A stretch of DNA of 64,000 nt from an uncultured Akkermansia sp. (GTDB lineage Bacteria; Verrucomicrobiota; Verrucomicrobiia; Verrucomicrobiales; Akkermansiaceae): assembly GCA_947632055.1 (NCBI GenBank), contig CANRNS010000001.1, positions 2,047 through 66,046 of the forward strand, read 5' to 3'. Of the stretch, positions 32,501 to 38,963 are shown one piece after another. Every line of letters starts with the position of its first letter. Position 1 is the stretch's first letter. A program made the position numbers and the translations under genes. Under the pieces are notes generated by a model that did no database searches, was not told the origin of the DNA, and saw only the letters and a list, made by a program, of their open reading frames with translations.

Positions 32501-34976
32501 CCGTGAGAGTTCCACCGTTCCTCACGACCACGTTCTCCGTACCATTACTGTTCAGTCCATGCAAATTCCCGCTGATCGTCACGGAACTCCCCTTGCCGCA
32601 AATTTCCAATGCATTGGCTCCTCCACCTACTGTAACACCGTACAAATTCGCGTCCCCGGTAATGTTGACCACAGAACCGGGGCCTTCCCCTTCAGTCGAA
32701 GCTTGCACCAAGAGACCTCTCGCCATTAACGCGTCACCAGAGGCTAGTCCTTCCCCTGTAATGGTAAGATTCCCAATGCTATCTTCATCTCCTATTTTCA
32801 GGACGCCAGCATGCGCATTGTTACCTTGTCCGCGGATGTAGCCAACCGTCAGGTTCCCTCCATCGGTGATGCTCAGATTGCCTCCTTGGTCATCGTTCAA
32901 GGAAAGACGGCTTTGGACTGTCATTGAACTGTTAGCACCGCTAATTTCGAGAGATCCAACCCACGCATTGGTACCGACTTGGAGCGTGCCTCCCCCGGTC
33001 ACCTTCACTTTGTTGCTGAGGTTGGGATTATTATCTCTGCCGGAATTTACTCCGTCTCCGTGCAGATTTTTCTTAATATCGAGAAGCCCAGCATCCACAA
33101 TGAGAGCACAACCATCATCGTAAACGCCATAAACATTTACATCGCCGTACACAGTCACCGTTGACTGGGTGCTTTCACCCTTGCCTTGTACTTTCAGACC
33201 TCGTGTTTTGAGAACTTCTCCTGCTTCTCCTAGTGATGCCTCGCTTCCCACAGTCAATGTGCCAATGCTATCACTTCCTTCTCCCACCAGAATACGACCG
33301 GCATGACCACGGTTGCTGTTTTGTGCGTTTTTTACCCCCTGCAAAGTAGCGACAGTCAAGCTTCCGCCATGATTGATGGTGAGAGTTGTGCCATCAGTTG
33401 GGTCATATAATCCCATCGAACCGGATATCGTTACATTGCCGCCATTGACGGTAAGGGAATGCCTAAAGTCCCAATCATGGTCAAATTGAGCGTGGGCATT
33501 TGTATTCACAGCGAAGTTTGACCAAGTCTCTCCGTAGTCGGCTTCGAACTTTAGCGTGCCACCCTCCACTGTGGTGGATCTCGTATCAAGATGGCTAGTC
33601 GTAAGGATTTGCGTGCCCGTTCCCCGTTTCACGAGGTCGACCTTTTTCCCGGCGTTGCCGACCTGATCTGAAAACTGCCCCGCGAAGGAGGGCATTTCTT
33701 CGTCATCATCTCCGCTGTAGTCGATGACGAGTTTAGCCATGTCTCCTCCTCCCTCGTCCAATTTAATTACTGAGTCTCCATTTCCTCCCGTCAGCCCTCT
33801 CACCACGTAGGTGGCGTCGGCAACATCTGCTGCTCCGGTGAAGTACAAGTTGCCGTTTACCACTAACACTGTGTTGGACAAGCTGCCGGTCTCCCCGGTA
33901 GTAGAGTAGCCGAGGACGAGGGTAGAGCCGCTGTCCACCTCGAGTTCGTGGATGTTGTTGTTAATTCTGGTCGCGTAGCTCACATCGCTGAGTGTAAGCT
34001 TGTGCGTCCCGGTCAGCTTTACTTTTTGGATGCCCTCTTGATAAGTTACCGTGGGGAAAAGACGCGTGAACCAATTGTCGGTGTCGGCTGAGAGCGTCTT
34101 ATCTGAGGAGAGTTCCAATTCCACGGTACCTTGACCGTGTACAAAGGCGTTTCCATTGATATTGGTATTATCCGCGCCTACCCTGAGCGTAGCACCTCTA
34201 GCAATGGAGATGCCTCCCTCCCCGGAGATAGCGTCCCCTTGCTCCAACAAATTGCCTGTCAACTCTAGCAATCCACTGCCGGTAAACTGCAGCACACCTT
34301 TCTGGATATCAACAAGCTTTGTTTTGACAGTCACATAATTTCCGAAAGTTACTGTTCCGGCGCGTAAAGTCAGCTCCTCAGCAATGGCGAGAATGTTTGT
34401 GGTATTGCCTTGCCCGGTAAAGTTGTAATTGGTCGTATCAGCACCTCCTGCCGCCCCCACCATGAGTTCCTGCATCGACACCGTCCCATCCGGTAAAGAA
34501 CCACTGACCGCTACATTGACGGCGTCCTTGTCTTGACCCGCGCTTCCCGCCAGCACGACCTGGTATTCTGCCAGGGAGTCGGCGTCTCCAGACCAGCCAT
34601 CACTGCTTCTAGCCGATGAAGAGAGGGTAAAATCGCCCTGTTGTGTCCACGTCAAAGCTAGATCCCCGCTTGCAATAGGCATCACGCCATTCGTGGCGGC
34701 AAGCAGCATGACGTCCTCCTCGCTGTTGGCGGCGAGGGGAGCATGTTCTTCTTCATCTTCACTCTCTGTCCCCAGAGCAAGCTCGTCACCGGCGGGGGCA
34801 GCCAGCGGGGGGACTTCGTCTGCCTGGGCGAAGGTCGCCGTGCTCCACAGCAGGGAGAAGGCGCCCAAGAGGGCCGTCCCGGATGCCACGGTGCGCCGCA
34901 GCGCGCGGCGTCCGGCGAGGGTTGCAAGGCAAGCCAACAAAGCCTTGCGGAGACCAGTAGGTAAGTGGAGTTTCAT
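20550..34976 (-). CDS. Giant (~4808 aa) autotransporter adhesin with a beta-helical passenger
   Basis: MKLHLPTGLRKALLACL extended signal region (start at 34976). G/T/S/N-rich passenger with PATR-like motifs (LVKRGTGTQILT, MVKKGEGTQEFT, TTKTGTGDFTLS, ITKTGKGTLTVG). C-terminal barrel from AWINAEGG, ending in GYKITF. Confidence 0.93.
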   Translation of the reverse strand: MKLHLPTGLRKALLACLATLAGRRALRRTVASGTALLGAFSLLWSTATFAQADEVPPLAAPAGDELALGTESEDEEEHAPLAANSEEDVMLLAATNGVMPIASGDLALTWTQQGDFTLSSSARSSDGWSGDADSLAEYQVVLAGSAGQDKDAVNVAVSGSLPDGTVSMQELMVGAAGGADTTNYNFTGQGNTTNILAIAEELTLRAGTVTFGNYVTVKTKLVDIQKGVLQFTGSGLLELTGNLLEQGDAISGEGGISIARGATLRVGADNTNINGNAFVHGQGTVELELSSDKTLSADTDNWFTRLFPTVTYQEGIQKVKLTGTHKLTLSDVSYATRINNNIHELEVDSGSTLVLGYSTTGETGSLSNTVLVVNGNLYFTGAADVADATYVVRGLTGGNGDSVIKLDEGGGDMAKLVIDYSGDDDEEMPSFAGQFSDQVGNAGKKVDLVKRGTGTQILTTSHLDTRSTTVEGGTLKFEADYGETWSNFAVNTNAHAQFDHDWDFRHSLTVNGGNVTISGSMGLYDPTDGTTLTINHGGSLTVATLQGVKNAQNSNRGHAGRILVGEGSDSIGTLTVGSEASLGEAGEVLKTRGLKVQGKGESTQSTVTVYGDVNVYGVYDDGCALIVDAGLLDIKKNLHGDGVNSGRDNNPNLSNKVKVTGGGTLQVGTNAWVGSLEISGANSSMTVQSRLSLNDDQGGNLSITDGGNLTVGYIRGQGNNAHAGVLKIGDEDSIGNLTITGEGLASGDALMARGLLVQASTEGEGPGSVVNITGDANLYGVTVGGGANALEICGKGSSVTISGNLHGLNSNGTENVVVRNGGTLTVMGSCKIQDDNQLEITDGTVILKGGLEAGSVTLTQGSLTLGGEVNVSTGFTVSGGTLELGSVADHDFSFTNTGLKIQLTGGTLDLSAANESDLTNINLENLFSVDVSSYLTGGGHTLLNLSTTTLSSLVGELELIGWDGTGLQLVSSELAAKLLAENQSLWNAFAAHLRPLSRTQHYELSAQGVLTIQGTITELTWNGSSDSNTWQAQTGGEDTMWNMSGSEGGTYFSNGDAVTFTTTGEYSSVDTDVSIIGTVEPGNIAFESGDWTFSGEGSSVHTVGRLRVAAGATATFSELTSFKVGEAEVSGNLKLNFTGAKSLGTATINGTLTITDGTASNWKDTTLSGDGTVVLDANGTVTVDQNANLFANLFAAGDTAIQRDDSHAGIGRFKIARGTTLALNNNDVGKGLSLIQKLTVKDGATLQLGANVFDNSSLQGNYSKVGTIELEGSGTTDGHGALTSGTTAVWVKWNVSLTGDATLYTEVTGNNYFSFDGGAGGDNTPGKLSLNRHTLTFAAGANNVNFRFYAGYEMAEGEAGSGIFLLNRGAKLFMNTDAGDTFANVEMQLQEGSTLQMEKNATFQTLSGAGGVSFGGGITMTLAGEGTKAYTGTIAPTHNGTIVVSTGATFLLGDRANVGNTLNVLGTLSTTGTVTAYILNIDGSGEVTLGETSVLTVTNTLGGMQNQFGSITGSGLLKLTGNGGSFAGAIETNFEYAGNGTAFSYTGAFSGTTLTVTSGSLTLGNGFSFGRASDITVSTSGTLTLDYENGQTGGLLTMNGGTLSVGTTATDGYTFAGLSGSNGSFNGDGKLVLDVGSEEQQTFSGVVNNQSMSMVKKGEGTQEFTTTERTLLKSLDLQAGELSFTHELYVGGDGTDLTVTGLTVTGGTLQAGLLTVTRNIGVAGEGATLTVTGNATLNNYAKLTVADGANVTIEGYLCGNKKGTEAPGVGEVCGSGQITVGEHNETSSSVGTLTLGKSDVSDVTHRASGVTVIGTSGEGKSTLTVYGDLSVYGYTGSSGELLNDGMQVGWGATGTINGALTVGVGFESGLAIGGSEAGNTGTLTVSGLLTAHHLALAGSGSKLTANGGLTVTGDATVTEGTLELGGTVSTGSLTVGNGTVKALSGMTATRGQTWTLGVGGVLEVGGGEIQLSGEEGKWTLQIHGGELKLTDGALTSLKDITDLELSLTGLTSYSDWDYKLFDTTADGWNKEEALEFLKARLASDYTEGRRELTVDEDGVVHFVSRVETLTWSSGVTTWQNELQDDHWLDPYGNESSFVAGDSIIFTDATDENHSIAISGEVRPHDIEVRDGKWQFTGEQGSSLTATGTFTVQDDASVTFESAGDIALNGGKITGKLTLGGEGTKNLGNMIVAENGTISVSDTTASHWTGTTLSGDGTVVLDADTVTVNGNNNLFAALFAAGDTNLQRDNTHEGIGRLEVASDSTLILAANATNIGKGMSFLRELKIASGATLKTTVSQVFDYQGYYTQHGKLILEGHGNDENTGALHVTAQDWMKWDVELANDATIYVENVTLHFAGRGGYAGSFDGHGHKLVIKGSGNAILKIDENFQMIGNEGGEIEMSQGTTLQLSTATALDMHSYGIVLNGGTLSIMQSATIKSLTATGSSTVNYNGGHVLTVLGNVNASGMALTLNGSSQFIIQGTGTNTLGSITLNGNARMQLDVREAGVGVEDPAALTLGGITNNGHTLTLTLTGVEEWVQEHLSDVTTGDDGSQSWKLHLFGGAAATTLASLYSNSNLTFDFIIGYTPSLDASGILTLTKLNDVVWTGSLHEESDLTWAAESSSGSIVWDSEATFTNGAATTFNSDEEEDATIKVSGAVQSSELITMGGTVNFLAAEGSGNGLTVVTMDLQAMESNFGLEVTLKDWLTLETGKTATFTGSLKVINEDKVTITLEEGSTLTLRGRNDLLSVGTNARAEMVGTGAFVVDLSEGSGTTFDGANLEVAEGIKMSIMGTTTTGDSWNKVQNLNALGNVEMVGKQILLESTNTIGNIVMGSGETPTDTGCALRLVNNGATTTITGEGDTNLEDACLEVRNGSFEKQHGKLTVGGLRSHNGTGSSNIMVEDLEIVADDTWTFNSNADVWTKQQRAYRGTLTVGGNLTMNERSDEEHKQYIAGNISVGGDVDVLGGLLHVGGTDNGTLSSPPSTSMNVGGSLKAQGGSFVWEGEGELSLGGLSTAGEGHVHLTAGSAAVSGTLSGGGGVISVGEGVTLKSMGGGEYGGRLELSGGTLVVEGDTPLIVTNVTNGESRIAANLQLGEGAHLRIAGGELTSSLSVGSNAQLTLVGGKLTLTGEVNWDSNARLTLDVAEGADPAHLAHLALGGGFGTAAGSAPITLNLTSDYLDALTGGSGETSVDFFNVEGSSWQSEWVKYFDVVVQGASWRYTDLHLDEEGRLVWDGQTGVKWDGNSGGTWNDDDQKEWESVEGEGPVAPGGKDVHFTEEGADPKGSQVQVQGPVTPNNVFVEGGQYSFEGNDAGGGLDIQGEGLLVVEEGAELDLNLKNTSIPKAIVEGTLGLGHDEALPEGTQLELREGSALRYVKEGARQDVSGLVTEDSVGNVLQVEVDEKVGEGGVTWGNESTHVSDNNGLEMALDTGTTKTGTGDFTLSWMEQIGEIEHAGHMKVEGGTLTLDAHGGNDSSTSKLTGGAEVSKHAELKLKSTTGSLEVSGVTGQGVLSVESGNVVLSGQNDVSDIELASGSHVTIGSDDGLGDGNTTLTLAGASLTSSSDDGNTVKAGTVLVDGETTLSGTVTLTGTLQSGETAENGGTLTLEALGEGSQGTLTGDIYNFTGTLNTGESGNSTWTLSGEAASGIVQANVSGSGTLEVDAKDQVTLTGSLGNKGEALTVKATGTGDVVIAGELGSGVTLDTSDSSKGAIVLGGVLGGGKGHIDLTGYTKDVDGTGTIVLSNVTLGEGFEEKLNDNAGLYVSTALASGASQTARAYSLQATPREAAPQGGVVDVNGMAASNLDGITINEHGQLTGVTGTYTVDESHGLELHFSAENAEGTALIEWKEKKGDSKVKRGSNTQLAFSEDIFDLFDENEGTVTLTALANGSWDEKSWNRNDNPDNGNPLAGMDDTVAQILSTIISSFSYTEDGISMTGTTQDLYLVNGKEGGDSPVSDKVTDLLDKRATVLLHGQTLTLNWDGSDSSAKDAKVNNLLGTEGTELAINNTAKEDAIGKNRLNVKLDNTYHENVNMNGHEGETLPEPDDTTVRGQDTSFKGKITGGPGVDITKTGKGTLTVGDNYQLTDGTTSIQQGALVLRGANNSMQNLEFAYEGAVEGVEQRGLKLQNGKTTIKGQIQEKEGSYTEDNKIEITEGAELVLEGKNTLASTQFTGDGTGTVTLEDSASLTLTGGGEEEKPQLDGVGVNMDGEDTVLDVGAGNSSLSALNGNGTLKSAKGGKLTVSGGTFSGTLASSGNQPSDTAGTLVVEGGTFTLDNVTTESGSNWGLTVNDGAQLNLNLIPEKTSEGSEEKAPPAFGDVTVNGKLRMDVDTSKTGSEAPVSGKLTVGESGSLEVHGDGKRVQSFTLGFTTEQSQETLKDKVTLSGSAFVFDDLSDVTVDEKGNITVTTKKAEDNKFERVMPNAGKNGLAGAEMLWDFLKDKTQWGAFMDVLNNPNSDYAKLGMAVIGMMDGKDAAGMERTLTAVAGASISTLTPALAEDLHRQLNTMRNRTTTVNSEARYDQYDVFPTWHAWINAEGGYHKLDADGYLPGYTLNNWGGSLGVGADLSDRTSVGVALTAMYGRLRPDAADSATGHLDTMYLSAFMRTMQGPWMHTFVVSGGLADVRLNRTVNYGSGSYRTKGSTNGYAFGALYELGYTKLMNERGTAALQPIVNVEFRHVGIKGYTETGSDAGLKVDDMRQSVLTFGMGARFQCVVSENAFKRDSIFEARLLLKADAGDRSGKATNGIIGSRTMAKVESAEVGAVGIEAGAGLTIPLGSGNGSIFMDASIEYRRGWTSVNASAGYKITF

Positions 34977-35050
34977 GATGCTGACGATTGGTGATGGAAG
35001 CAGACCTAAGGCGCGCAACACGTACGCGCGAGGACCCGCTTGCATGGTGC

Positions 35051-35375
35051 AGTATATCTCTTTTCAAAAGAGATATACTCGTCACGAAACTATAAATTAT
35101 TTATTATCAAATAATTATATATTAAAAAGTGCTTTCGTTTTTTCAAGGAGCGAAGAAGCATTTTTTTCTTGTGTCATACTTCATTTTCAAGGTCTTTGAG
35201 CTTGCAAGCGAGGCATCTCTTTTGAAAAGAGGTAGACTTTCTTTCGTTTCTCTTATTGATTGATCGGCAACGTTTAGAAAGTATCAATTTCTTTCGGGTG
35301 CGTCAACAGAAGATCCTGAGAAATTTTTTCAAAATTTTTGAAAAAGAAACTGGACATTGCTTTTGAAAAGAGATA
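35051..35375. promoter_or_regulatory. Putative invertible promoter region with three related sites (A 35051-35079, B 35215-35238, C 35360-35375)
   Basis: A/B form a perfect 17-bp IR (35058-35074 vs 35215-35231). A/C form a perfect 16-bp IR (35055-35070 vs 35360-35375). AT-rich interior directly upstream of the autotransporter. Confidence 0.7.
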
Positions 35376-35444
35376 CACACTCCGTAAAACAATTAGAGAG
35401 AGGGAGGGAAAGAGAGAATCATGACGTAGCAGGGAACAATGTGC

Positions 35445-35473
35445 TTGCAAGCCGGGCATGTAGAAGCTAGAAT
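35445..35473 (+). promoter_or_regulatory. sigma70-like promoter of the PutA-like gene
   Basis: TTGCAA-17-TAGAAT, ending 10 nt before ATG 35484. Confidence 0.65.
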
Positions 35474-35483
35474 GGGAGCGGAC

Positions 35484-38400
35484 ATGGGCGAGACAGAAAT
35501 GCGCACTTTAATAGACGATGCCCGCAGTAAGGGTTGGGCAGACCAGACGCTTGTGCAGCGGGCGACGGAACTGGCGCGGGAGGTGTACGCGGCGGCGCTG
35601 AGTCGGATGCGCGCGGAGGAACGCGCATTTCATGCGGCGGCCAAGAAGTTGGCGGTGGATGAGGAGAGCCGCCGATTTGTGCGCCGACTGTGCGAGGTCG
35701 TGCTGCATCCGGCCGAAGATTCGGGGGAGCAACTCAAGGGGATGATAGCGGAGCATGGCGGGGTGCCGACCTTTTTCAGTTCGATGGCGCGTTTGCGCAT
35801 CAGGGCGGCAGTTATGGCGCCGCGCAGCATGCAGGGCACGGCATTAGGGGAGCTCAAGCGCGTGTTCCGGTCGACTTTTGGAGAACTTGTATTGCCCACG
35901 CACATGAGCAAAGTGAGCCGCCGGGCGGAGGCTCTTGCCAGGGAGAAGATGCGGCTCGTGTTGCGTCCGTTGTCGCCGCGTGTGTTCGGACAAAAAGGAG
36001 CGGAACGCTACGAAAACAATTTGTTGGCTATCCTCACCAAACAGCCGGGGGTGGGGGTGGCGGTGGAACCGCTGAGGCTTTGTCCGGCGCTCTCTCTGGA
36101 TTCGCCGGAGTACGGCGCCCAACTGTTGGCCGGTAAACTGCAGCGTCTTTTGCAGGCAGCCCGGCAGGCCGGCGGTAGTCCCATCCACATCAAGACGCGC
36201 TGCAGCGATACCTTGGGGGTGGTGATGGGGGCGCTCAAGCGCGTGCTGAGTATGCCGGATTTGGAGACGGCCGAGGTGAGTGTGGAGCTGCCGGCCTACC
36301 TGAAGACGAGTCTCGACTACCTGCGCGACTTGACGGACTGGGCAACGATGCGCGCGGGTCGCGCGATCCGCGTGTTGTTGGTGAAGGGGGATTACTTGGA
36401 GGAGCAGCGCCGCTGCAGCGCCCGCTACGGATCACAAGATCAATTGTGCCATGGAAAGGCGGAAACAGATATGTACTTCATACGTCTGCTGGAAGCGGCG
36501 ATGGCATGCCCCGAGCAGGCTATTACGCCCGTGGTTGGCACGCACGAAGTCATGCACTTGAGCTATGCCGCTCTTCTTTGGGCGCGCAGCGGAAGAGAGG
36601 GCCTGCCACCCATCTCGCTGATTCATGGATTGGGCAACCACGTGGGGCGCGTGTTTGCCGAGCTGGGATGCCGGGTGGATTTAGTGGCGGGCGTGGCGGC
36701 CGAGGAGAGCGAAACGCGTGCGTTTGAACGCTACTTGCTACGCACTCTGCACGAGCTCGCCCGTCCGGATAGCTATTTGGCTGGCGCGAATGCAGCGAAT
36801 CCGGCGGAAATTGATTGGTCGGCCAAGGCAAAACCGATTATGGCAGCGCACAGCATGCGCGATTCAGGGAAAGCGGCATCTGCCGCCCAGCCTGCGCCTG
36901 ATTTTTGGAAACCGGCGGGGCTTTCAGCCCTGACGGAACGCGCCGAGGTCGATGCTTTTTACGCTGCTGCACGAGCCGAAAAGGAACGAGCTCAGGAACT
37001 CATTCCCCTGCGCTTAGGGGAGCGCGAGTTGGCCAGCCCGCTCACTTGCATTCACCGCTCGTTGATTGTGCCCGGATTGGAAGATTATCGCTACGCGGGG
37101 GCTGACTACGCTGCCGTGGATGCCGCATTGGCCTTTGCTGAGCGACTGACCGGCGAGCCCAAGCCCGGCATGGATGAACGCGCGGCGAGTTTGTGTCGTG
37201 CCGCGCGCGAGCTGAAAAAGCGGGCCCGGCAGTTTGTGGGGGCGCTGGTGCGCGATGCGGGGTTCACTGTGGCGGATGCCGCGGCGGAACTGCGCGATGC
37301 CCAGGAGGCTTTGCGGTATGCGGCCTCTCAGGATGAGACGTGGCGAGGCTTGCAGGATGGCGCTGTAGCCCGTGCCCGCGGCGTGGTGGCGGTGGCGACG
37401 GGATCCGCCCACCCGCTTGCCGAGGCGGCGGATGGTATTGCTGCCGCATGGATGGGGGGCAACACGATTGTCTATGTGCCGGCCACTTATTCTGCTTTGC
37501 TCGGTGCGCTCTTCTCGGGGCTGCTGAGGGAATGCGGGGTGCAGTTGATCACGTTGCCTTGTGCGGATGCTGAAATTGCCCAGCGACTTGTGACGGATCA
37601 CCGCGTGAGTGCGGCGGTGTGTGCGGCCGTTCCGCAAGTTGCGCGCCACTTGGTTGCCGCCAACCCGGATGCGGCTATATTGGCGTCCCCTGCTATGGGA
37701 CCGAGCGTGTATCTGGCGGAGAGCTGCGATTGGGAGCGAGCCTTGCGCGAGGTGATCGCCGCCGCCTTTTGTCGCTCCGGGCAGGCGTCCCATTGCCCGC
37801 ACATTTTGATGGTCCATGCGAGTTTGTGTGATGACGCTGCCTTTTGCGCTGCTATCGAGGACGCGGTGGCATCCCAGGAGCCGCGTCCCACATGGCTGGA
37901 GGGCGCACAGCTCGGCCCTGTCTCCTCTCCATTGGGTGACCGCGAGCGCAAGTTGCTTTCCGGTGAGTCGAGCAATGTGGAATGGTGGGTTGCACCTCGC
38001 GCGGAGAGTCCCGCCTCCCAACTGTGGAGCCCCGGACTGTGCGCCCACGTGCAGCCGCAGGACGATTTTGTGCGCTTTGGACAGCGTCTCCCCGTGCTGG
38101 GAATTGTGCGCGTGAGCGATGCTCGCGAGGCAGCCGTCATTCAAATGCGCCTTTCGCGCGGCAGCTCTGCCGTCATCTATTCGGAGGATGAGGAGGAGAT
38201 TGCCACATGGAGGCGCGAAGTGGATTGTCGGCGCGTGGGGGTGAACTGCTGCCCGTCATTGAGGCACGGCGCGTTCCCCATGCCCATGTGCAAGACAACG
38301 CAAAGCGCCGCCACGGGCCCGATGCGCGGGTTGATGAGCGGCGTGGTGGCCCTTTGTCACTGGGAAGAAAATGAGCGACCCTCTTCACGCAGCCCGCGCA

Positions 38401-38954
38401 GGAATTTGCAATTCGACCCCAAGGATGTTCTCCCCTCGTCCTCTCGTGTGGATGAAGCGATGCGGCTTTCTGCTGCAGCCGATTCCATCTCATACTGGTG
38501 GGAAAAGGAGTTTAGCTGCGAGCGCCCTTTGTCGCCGACGGATGGTTTGCAAGCGGTGTTGAGGTACTGCCCGGAGCGCGTATGCCTGCGCATTGAAAAG
38601 ACGCTCAGCGATGTTGATGTGGCGATCATGCTCATGGCGGCGATGCAGACACGCAGCCGCATTGAGTTGAGCGCTGAGGTTGAGCGCGATTGGCTCTCTT
38701 TGTTCTGTGAGCAGAACGGTGTATCGCTCAGTTATGCCAGCAAGGAGGACTTTGAGGCCAGCTATGCGGCGTTGGCGGCTCGCGGGCTTTTGCTGCGCGC
38801 TCCTGGGGCGGGGGACGAGGCTGTGGCGCGAGCGGCGACCTGTGGCCTGCGTACCGAAGCTTCGGCTGTGCTTGCTAACGGGCGTCTGGAACTCATGCGA
38901 TACTTGGAGGAACGCGTGGTGATACGCCCCATTGAGCGCATCCCTCAAGAGTGA
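35484..38954 (+). CDS. PutA-like protein (proline dehydrogenase + aldehyde dehydrogenase folds) with degenerate catalytic motifs
   Basis: LPAYLK, LLVKGDY, ETDMYFIRLL, VGTHE, YLLRTLHE, ARGVVAV, GNTIVY, AFCRSGQ and WSPG match the PutA layout and length, but key residues have diverged. Confidence 0.7.
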   Translation: MGETEMRTLIDDARSKGWADQTLVQRATELAREVYAAALSRMRAEERAFHAAAKKLAVDEESRRFVRRLCEVVLHPAEDSGEQLKGMIAEHGGVPTFFSSMARLRIRAAVMAPRSMQGTALGELKRVFRSTFGELVLPTHMSKVSRRAEALAREKMRLVLRPLSPRVFGQKGAERYENNLLAILTKQPGVGVAVEPLRLCPALSLDSPEYGAQLLAGKLQRLLQAARQAGGSPIHIKTRCSDTLGVVMGALKRVLSMPDLETAEVSVELPAYLKTSLDYLRDLTDWATMRAGRAIRVLLVKGDYLEEQRRCSARYGSQDQLCHGKAETDMYFIRLLEAAMACPEQAITPVVGTHEVMHLSYAALLWARSGREGLPPISLIHGLGNHVGRVFAELGCRVDLVAGVAAEESETRAFERYLLRTLHELARPDSYLAGANAANPAEIDWSAKAKPIMAAHSMRDSGKAASAAQPAPDFWKPAGLSALTERAEVDAFYAAARAEKERAQELIPLRLGERELASPLTCIHRSLIVPGLEDYRYAGADYAAVDAALAFAERLTGEPKPGMDERAASLCRAARELKKRARQFVGALVRDAGFTVADAAAELRDAQEALRYAASQDETWRGLQDGAVARARGVVAVATGSAHPLAEAADGIAAAWMGGNTIVYVPATYSALLGALFSGLLRECGVQLITLPCADAEIAQRLVTDHRVSAAVCAAVPQVARHLVAANPDAAILASPAMGPSVYLAESCDWERALREVIAAAFCRSGQASHCPHILMVHASLCDDAAFCAAIEDAVASQEPRPTWLEGAQLGPVSSPLGDRERKLLSGESSNVEWWVAPRAESPASQLWSPGLCAHVQPQDDFVRFGQRLPVLGIVRVSDAREAAVIQMRLSRGSSAVIYSEDEEEIATWRREVDCRRVGVNCCPSLRHGAFPMPMCKTTQSAATGPMRGLMSGVVALCHWEENERPSSRSPRRNLQFDPKDVLPSSSRVDEAMRLSAAADSISYWWEKEFSCERPLSPTDGLQAVLRYCPERVCLRIEKTLSDVDVAIMLMAAMQTRSRIELSAEVERDWLSLFCEQNGVSLSYASKEDFEASYAALAARGLLLRAPGAGDEAVARAATCGLRTEASAVLANGRLELMRYLEERVVIRPIERIPQE

Positions 38955-38963
38955 GCGAGATGC

